From Leidyana gryllorum EB-2025a (lineage: Eukaryota > Protista > Apicomplexa), in contig JBLWGC010000174.1 of the NCBI GenBank assembly GCA_048772705.1, positions 14,534 to 78,533 on the forward strand: a stretch of 64,000 bases of DNA, written 5' to 3'. Shown here one piece after another: positions 56,946-64,000 of the stretch. Numbering within the stretch: the stretch's first letter is position 1; every line of letters starts with the position of its first letter. The notes beneath the pieces are model-generated. The model had not been told where the DNA came from. It saw only the letters and a program-made list of their open reading frames with translations, and did not search any database. Both the position numbers and the translations under genes were made by a program.

Positions 56946-57027
56946 GGCAAGGTGGCCGAGTGGTTGAGGCGGCGGCCTGCTAAGCCGTTGGGTTTCACCC
57001 GCGTGAGTTCGAATCTCACCCCTGTCG
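56946..57027 (+). tRNA. trnS: tRNA-Ser(GCT)
   Basis: inverted copy of 14940. Confidence 0.82.
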
Positions 57028-57812
57028 GTAGCGTTCGGGAAAAAGCGCAACTGCTTTGTCCGACCCAAATCCAAGGCTCTACCCTGCGCGCTATATACAG
57101 GAGCCACTTGAAATATTTCAGAGATCAGTAGAGACCCGTGTTGCGGGAGACCTCGGACACTGCAGTCATAAGCCCAACACTCTCGCACTGAGTTCCACTA
57201 CTCCAGCGTCGGATATCATGCAGGAAGCGGAAATGTGGTTCTTGAGATGCGGATCGATTTGACACCTATGAGTGCCGTAGCTGGGCAGGCCGACCAGGGG
57301 GCTGTTTGGTCTGAAGGTATGATTTCTCCTCGCTCAAAAGAACATTGCAACTGGGTCTTGTAGCTCAGTCGGCAAAGCGTGTAGCTGTTCACCACAAAGT
57401 CGCAGTTTCGAAGCCTGGCAGTACCGGGAGCTGCGATGTCCAACTCTCTCTTAGAGGTCGCAACTCTGTATCTAACCACCGGCAGGTGCCGGCCTACTGA
57501 GTTTGGACAACCTGGCTATCGATCCCAGTACCTCTCGCATGCTAAGCGAGCGCTCTACCATTTGAGCTAGTCGCCCGTTGTGCGGACCCCATCGCATTTG
57601 TTGGTTCTCAACATAGGATGACCACTTTTTAAACTGTCTTCAGCGGGTTGCACGAATGACAGGCGGCTGTTTGGTCTAGTGGTATGATTCTTCCGTCGGG
57701 TGGAAGAAGTCCTGGGTTCCATTCCCAAAACAGCCCGCTTTGTTGTATCTTGATCCAACCTGCCTGGCAGCATGGTTCTGGGTTCGGGTGATTCCTCGGA
57801 GAAAGTCGGAGG

Positions 57813-57885
57813 GGGAGTGTAGCGCAGTCGGTAGCGCGTAGGTTTTATAATCCTGAAGTCGAGAGTTCGATCCTCTCCACTCCCA
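57813..57885 (+). tRNA. elongator tRNA-Met body with TAT (Ile) anticodon
   Basis: TAGGT-TT-TAT-AA-TCCTG. Confidence 0.78.
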
Positions 57886-58063
57886 CGGTCGGAATCGAAA
57901 CCGCCGACAAACTCATCATGCTACCATTTTGCAGTCGGGAATCGCACACAGGTTATCTCGATGGCAGCGGGCGATTCTTCCACTAGACCACAGATGCAGA
58001 ACACGATCTTGTAAATCTTGTACGTGGTGACAGCCATTCCTCTTAAGCCTATCGATGCAACAA

Positions 58064-58135
58064 AGCCTTCTGCCGGAATCGAACCGGCGACTTCTCGCTT
58101 ACGAAGCGAACGCTCTGCCCCTAAGCTAAGAAGGC
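58064..58135 (-). tRNA. trnT: tRNA-Thr(CGT)
   Basis: intact. Confidence 0.92.
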
Positions 58136-58672
58136 AATGTAATTTGGAGATAACGAAACGATGGCTACTGACGGAGATTAGTGGAGCACTTTGCTCGAGT
58201 ACTTCAATGACTTCCACTGCCGGGACTTGAACCCGTATCGTGCGGGTGAGAGCCGCATATCCTAGCCACTTAAACTATAGTGGACAAGTAGTCGAGTTTA
58301 GGCTTCGGCCGAGAGCCGAACCGACTCGGAAAGATTCCACCATCAATACGACTGGAATTTGTTACCAAGTCCGAGCTTTCTTGCCGCCCCAACTCCGTCG
58401 GTAGAGCGCAAGACTTTTGAAGGGAGAACCGCGGGTTCGGGCGGCGCGAGCAGTCCTAGTAAAGCTTGCTGAACCGTATGTGAAGTCACTGGCCGCAAAA
58501 TGCCAAGTTCGACAGCGGCAACTTGCCCGAGTGGTTAAGGGGGTAGACTAGAAATCTACTGGGCCGGGCCGCGCTGGTTCAAATCCAGCAGTTGTCGTGC
58601 GATGTGGTTGGAGGGTTAAACACCAACTCACGCATGAATTTCTGAATGGTGGAAAAACAACCATGTGTTCTC

Positions 58673-58743
58673 TGCATCTGCCGGGAATCGAACCCCGGTC
58701 GTCTCGATGGCAACGAGACATTCTACCACTAGACCACAGATGC
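58673..58743 (-). tRNA. trnG: tRNA-Gly(GCC)
   Basis: one T-stem change. Confidence 0.85.
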
Positions 58744-58916
58744 GTGACACCTTGTTGTTGAAGCTCGTACACGGTAACGGCCGTTTTCTGAACGAATGGA
58801 ATGTCCGTGGCGTGTTCAGAGCGTCCGAGATAGCATAGTGGTTACTATTTTCGCATGTTACGCCTAAGAGGCGGGCCCGATTGCCGGTAAATGAGTCTGG
58901 AACGGGGGATGGTTTT

Positions 58917-58988
58917 GGGCCTATGGCGCAACGGTAGGGCGTCTGACTCCAGATCAGAAGGTTGGGTGTTCGAATCACTCTGGGCTCA
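58917..58988 (+). tRNA. trnW: tRNA-Trp(CCA) variant
   Basis: D-stem change. Confidence 0.8.
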
Positions 58989-60154
58989 ACCGGACTCTAT
59001 GTTTTTCCCGTTTGGGGCGCAACCTGACAAAAGTGGGATTCGAACCCACAACCTTTCGGACTCCGGTCTGAGCACAGCGCCTCAGACCACTCGGTCATCT
59101 TGCCGGGATGTTGTTGGCTCGCCGCTCCACGCGTTTTCTATCCCTGGAATCTCAAGATGGAAGGACTTTTGGGGTTTCAGGCCGGTGTGTTCGGAGCGTC
59201 CGAGATAGTATAGTGGTTAGTATTTCCGCCTGTCACGCGGAAGACCCGTGTTCGATTCCGGGTCTGGGAGCACAGTTGATCTCGCTTAAGATTGTCTTTT
59301 TTGGTGCCCGCTGAAAGTTTCGAGCTACAGCCACCGAGGATCGAACTCGGGACCTTCGCGTGTTAAGCAGACGTCGTAACCACTAGACCATGGCTGCATG
59401 GATGGTCCCCGCAGCCCAAGAGAAGTGGCGAAGCTTCAGGGAGTAGTGAGGACCAGTTCAAGGGTCGCGCCGGGATCGAACCCAGGTCGGAAAATCCAAA
59501 GTGTCGAGTGCTAACCACCAAGGACGCAACCGGTTCAGCCCATCCCAGAAGAGTCGGACTAGCGCTTCCTCAACTGGACACATGCAACACGGGTCTTGTA
59601 TACAGGCCCCAGCGTAAAGAGTTGGATTCGAGTCGGGCAAAAACCTCAGTTCAATCATTCAACCAGTTGCGCTCTCCCCGAATGCTACCGCCAAGGGCGA
59701 GACTCGAACTCCCGCGGGTGGAACCCAACGGCTTAGCAGGCCGCCGCCTTAACCACTCGGCCACCTTGCCGACGACATCTCTTACTCGCTGGCACTTTTT
59801 CACAACGGTTTGGGGTCCTAGTCAAGCTTGCTGAACCGTATGTGACATCACTGGCCAGGGGGTAGACTCGAAATCTACTGGGCCTGGCCCGCGCTGGTTC
59901 AAATCCAGCAGTTGTCGTGTAATGTGATCCGGCGTCAACTCCATTCGGTCGTGACTCTGTTTTCAGATACCGGAGGTGCAGCCGCTAGAAGTTTGGACGA
60001 CCTGGGCATCGATCCCAGCATCTCTCGCATGCTACGCGAGTGCTACATAATTTGAGCTAGTCGCCGGCTGTGCACACCCCATAGCATTTAGTGGTTGTTG
60101 ACATGTTATGACCAGTCTCCCGACTCTACCAGCAATTTGCACCACCGATCAGTC

Positions 60155-60226
60155 GGCTGTTTGGTCTAGTGGTATAATCCTTCCTTAGGGTGGAAAGAGT
60201 CCTGGGTTCGATTCCCAGAACAGCCC
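60155..60226 (+). tRNA. trnP: tRNA-Pro(AGG)
   Basis: Pro body. Confidence 0.82.
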
Positions 60227-61068
60227 TCTTGGTCGTCGATTAACTTCCGGCATCTCACCACGATTCCCTCCCACTGGAGGTAGAGGTGTGCTTTGAAAAT
60301 TACTATTCCCCCTGCTGGGCTTCGTCAAACAGTGTTGATGCTCCAACCGTACTTAAACTGGCGAAGATTCCATGCATATAGTTTGGATGGGCTGGGCATC
60401 GATCCCAGTCCCTTTCGCACGTTGAGCGACCGCTCAAGCATCTTAGCTAGTCGCCTGTTGCGCAAGCCCCGTGCCATTCAGTGATCCTTTACACAGTATG
60501 ATCAGTCCGGTGGGTTGCATCACCGAGTGGCTGTTTGGTCTTGTAATATGATTTTTCCTTAGGGTGAAAGTAGGTTTGGGCTCGAATCCCAGAACAGCCC
60601 AATTTGTTGTATCTTGACCCAACCTGCCTGTCAGCACGCTTCTGGATTCGGGTAATTTCCTCGGAGAAAGTCGGAGGCGGAGAGTAGCGCACTGGGTAGC
60701 GCGTAGGTCTCATAATCCTGAAGTCGAGAGTTCGATCCTCTCCACTCCCACGCTCCGTCGAGTTCAAACCGCCGACAAACTCGTCGTGCTATCTTTTTGC
60801 ACTTACCCAGATTTGAAGCCGCCTCGTATCGAGCGCGTGTCGTCTCAATGGCACGGAAACGTTCGAGCCCTTGACCGCATTTATTTACAGTCCCAATGGC
60901 TTAACTCACTCTTCTGAATCTTGGTCGTGAATGGTTCCGTGTTGTAGTGGTTAACACTGGAGACTTTGAATCTCCCGACCTGGGTTCGATTCCCGGCGCG
61001 ACCTCGCAACTAGTCATCACTACATCTTGAAACTTCGCAACTTCTCTTGGTCTGCGGAAAGCTTTCAT

Positions 61069-61141
61069 GCAGCCATGGTCTAGTGGTTACGACGTCTGCT
61101 TAACACGCAGAAGGTCCCGAGTTCGATCCTCGGTGGCTGTA
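61069..61141 (+). tRNA. trnV: tRNA-Val(AAC)
   Basis: intact. Confidence 0.92.
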
Positions 61142-61300
61142 GCTCGAACATGTGAAGTGAGCTCCACCCAAAGCGAGGAAACGTGCTGTCTTCGAGACAG
61201 GGCATCGAACCCGCGTCTTCCGCGTCTTCAACCCTAGAAGTCTTCCTTCTGAGAACTTCACGGACAGAAAACGTGTAAAGTGGCGAGCCAAGAACGCTCC

Positions 61301-61379
61301 GGCAAGATGGCCGAGTGGTCTAAGGCGCTGTGTTCAGGCCGCAGTCCGAAAGGGCTGGGTTCGAATCCCACTCTTGTCA
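61301..61379 (+). tRNA. trnL: tRNA-Leu(CAG)
   Basis: copy of 179. Confidence 0.8.
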
Positions 61380-61449
61380 GCCGTTGTATTGTATTGGTAG
61401 GTAGTCCTCTCTCTTCACTGATAGACAGGTCGTTCGAGCTACATACGGC

Positions 61450-61520
61450 TGCACCTGCCGGGACTCGAACCCGGGTTACTACCTTGGAAGGGTCGCATCT
61501 TACCCTTAGACCACAAGTGC
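61450..61520 (-). tRNA. trnG: tRNA-Gly(TCC)
   Basis: copy of 328. Confidence 0.85.
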
Positions 61521-61670
61521 AATTGCGAAAGAGTTGCAGCACCCCGAGACACTCGGGCGATTTCTGCGCGCCACCGTCCGCCATAGACCCAAAATTGTCC
61601 ACCGACTTCAAACTCATTGGCATGTGGTCAGGGATGGATTTCCAACATCTTCAACCTTCAGGTCATCTTT

Positions 61671-61742
61671 AGGGCACGCGCGGAGTTGAACCACGGACTT
61701 GCTGATCTGCAGTCAGCTGCTCTACCACTGAGCTACGTACCC
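61671..61742 (-). tRNA. trnC: tRNA-Cys(GCA)
   Basis: copy of 549. Confidence 0.9.
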
Positions 61743-62816
61743 ACAAAATACCCGTCATACTCGCTCAACTCGATTTTGTCTTCTCATTTGAAGCAAAACG
61801 GCCGTTATTGTGCACGAGCTTGAACAACAACGAGTGATGCATCTGTGGTCTAGTGGTAGAATGTCTCGTTGCCATCGAGACGATCCGCGTTCGATTCCCG
61901 CCAGATGCAGAGGACATAGACAGACATACATGATTTAGTGCCCATCAGACACTGGCGGACAGCTGTAGCACTCGCAGGGACATATGTGACGGCGCAGCGC
62001 CGAATGGGCGTGGATCCCAATCCCATCCTTGTCAGGATAGAACTCGGGATTTTCTTTCCTGCGTGTGTCGTAAGCAGTAGTCCATGGCTGTACGGAGCTT
62101 CCGGGCCGTGAACGGGGCGTATGTCTTTCGAAACACGTATCCGATGAGCCTCACAGAAGTTGGACGGCCTGGAGTAGCTCATTTAGAGAGCATCTAACGC
62201 TCCTGTTACATTTCATCCTGATTGATGCCCCACTGCCTTGATAGCTACTTGCAGATTATCCGAGTCGTCTAGTGGTTGGGACAGCAAGCTGTGGCCGTGC
62301 GCAGCCAGGCTCGATTCCCGGCTCGGCCCATATGTCTCCGGTGTCTCGAATGGAACTCTCTCTTGATGGTTATACACTTTCATTCGACGGCTCCGTTGAT
62401 TGGCCCTATGGCCTAATGGATATGGCATCGGTCTACGGAACCGGGGATTCTGGGTTCGAGTCCCACTGGCGTCTGGGCGAATGGCCGGGTTGCAGCCTCG
62501 CCTGTTGAGTCAACAACTCAGATCCTGTCTTGGCTGTCAGGGACAGTGTGCGGGATGGGTCGAGGTGCCGTGTTGGGTCAACAACTATCAGACGGGCTGT
62601 TCTGGATATTAAACCAGGACTTCTTCCACCCGAAACAAGTGCATACCACTAGACCAAACAGCCGCCTATCGGTGGTGCAAGCCGCCGATAGAGATGCTTT
62701 AGGAAGTGAGCACCCCCGGCCGTACAACTTCTTCGGGGCTGGAGGCCGATACACCGCACCCAGACGACAGTCGCAACGGAAGCCGTTTGCACGCTGAAAC
62801 TCAGAAGGGAAGTAAC

Positions 62817-62900
62817 GCACAGATGCCCGAGTGGTCTAAGGGGCCAGACTCAAGTTCTGGTAGGCGCAAGTCTGCATGGGTTCGAATCCCATTCTGTGCA
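62817..62900 (+). tRNA. trnL: tRNA-Leu(CAA)
   Basis: copy of 1695. Confidence 0.92.
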
Positions 62901-63312
62901 ACGGTGATCATTACCAAAAATAGGCTGGAAAAGGCCACAGTAGATTCGAGTCTCCATCCGTATATCCGGTTGTATGCATCCAAGTATTCGGGTGTTGTTC
63001 TGGATCCTTCCTTGGGGTGGAAGGAGTCCTGGGTTCGATTCCCAGAACAGCCCTCTTGGTCGTCGGTTGACCCGACGGGACAAGTTGCCCTCAGAACCAA
63101 CACAGCATTTCATTAGCCCACTTCGGTAGGGCAGTCAGGGCAACTAACATCTCGAGAATTGCATTTCGGCTATTTCTTCCATGTTGCAGACTGAGCACTG
63201 TAGCTCAGTGAAAAGTGTTGAGCTCATAATCCAAAGGTCCGTCAACGAAACGACGCACTCCTAAGTGTGCGCAGAAGGGGAACCGTTATAGCATAGATTG
63301 CCTCGCGAGCAA

Positions 63313-63384
63313 AGCCTTCTGCCGGAATCGAACCGGCGACCTTTCGCTTACTAAGCGAATGCTCTGCCCCTAAGCTAAGAAGGC
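63313..63384 (-). tRNA. trnT: tRNA-Thr(AGT)
   Basis: copy of 2191. Confidence 0.92.
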
Positions 63385-63651
63385 ATTCGCTGTCTCGATC
63401 CATATGAGGGTTTGATGCTGGGAATAGCATCATTTCCACCACAGAATTCATGCGTGAGTTGGTGTCTGACCCCTCCAATCACATCGCACGACAACTGCTG
63501 GATCTGCACCAGCGCGGCCCAGGCCCAGTTGAATTCCCCCCTTCCCTACTCGGGCAAGTTGACAACTGTCGATTCCGGCATGCGGCGAGGAGTGGCCCCA
63601 CATACGGCCGCGATAAGTGCTTATTTTCACCGCCTCCCGTGACTACCTACC

Positions 63652-63724
63652 GCCTCGGTAGCTCAGTTGGGAGAGCGCCAGACTGAAGATCTGGAAGTCC
63701 CATGTTCGATCCACGGCCGAGGCA
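63652..63724 (+). tRNA. trnF: tRNA-Phe(GAA)
   Basis: copy of 2493. Confidence 0.88.
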
Positions 63725-64000
63725 GAGACGTTGTGACATTTGGTGTCACTATCTCAAGTGTCCTCAGCGGTTTGCACGACCGACAGGCGGCTGTTTGGTC
63801 TAGTGGTATGATTCTTCTTTCGGGTGGGAGAAGGCCGGTGTTCGACTCCCAGAAGAGCCCGTCTGATAGTTGTTGACTGAATGCCACGTCTCTCCAAGGT
63901 CGGCTACCATACGCGGCTCCCACTCGTATAATCCCGGATGAAGTCCAGACCAGCTGAGACAAATCTAAGTTGCAGCAGTTGTGAAGGGCTGGAACTGCTC

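Larger units (their letters stand above)
1..64000. repeat. Mosaic array of eukaryotic tRNA genes/pseudogenes (all 20 isotypes, both strands)
   Basis: tRNA A-box/B-box units recur every ~150-200 bp across the window, each with an isotype-specific flank. Confidence 0.97.

Noticed and set aside
60240-60370. Apparently unique non-tRNA segment
   Set aside because: Short, with no convincing ORF, structure or repeat partner; probably a diverged flank.
136-63962. Numerous 60-200 aa ORFs in the six-frame track
   Set aside because: They overlap tRNA bodies on either strand and repeat with the cassettes. Motifs such as 'PGIEPG', 'WVRIP' and 'GSIPG' are translations of T-arms, and no protein domain is recognisable.
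1-64000. Bacterial, phage or organellar tRNA array
   Set aside because: No encoded CCA, eukaryotic initiator features, many A34 anticodons, a 37/38 intron, mixed strands and heavy pseudogenisation.
1-64000. CRISPR array or tRNA-derived SINE cluster
   Set aside because: Repeats are tRNAs with conserved, non-unique flanks. I saw no cas or reverse transcriptase genes, poly-A tails or target-site duplications.
1-64000. 5S rRNA, spliced-leader RNA or snRNA genes interspersed with the tRNAs
   Set aside because: I did not see the dinoflagellate SL motif (CCGTAGCCATTTTGGCTCAAG) or recognisable 5S/U6 sequence by eye; an Rfam cmscan is needed to exclude them fully.

Overview
The whole 64-kb window (about 55% GC by eye) is a dense array of eukaryotic nuclear tRNA genes, pseudogenes and fragments on both strands, roughly 5-6 per kb (about 300-400 units, estimated by eye). 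I found no credible protein-coding gene; the supplied ORFs are shadows of tRNA and spacer repeats. All 20 amino acids plus initiator Met are represented, with about 38 standard anticodons. The genes are eukaryotic: no encoded CCA, initiator Met with A1:U72 and an AUCGAAA T-loop, AGC/AAC/AGT/AAG/AGA/ACG/AAT/AGG anticodons, and Tyr with a canonical-position intron. Several bodies resemble alveolate (apicomplexan/dinoflagellate-type) tRNAs from recall, which is unverified. The array is a shuffled mosaic of isotype-specific 'tRNA + flank' cassettes rather than a simple tandem repeat. It shows kb-scale direct and inverted duplications, a possible ~61.1-kb higher-order period, breakpoints inside tRNA bodies (chimeric tRNAs), anticodon-switched copies, amplified pseudogene lineages, spacers that are fossil tRNA cassettes, a 7-nt Tyr intron, and almost no oligo-T Pol III terminators. 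The tRNAs listed are the better-preserved subset; coordinates were hand-derived (about +/-1-2 nt).
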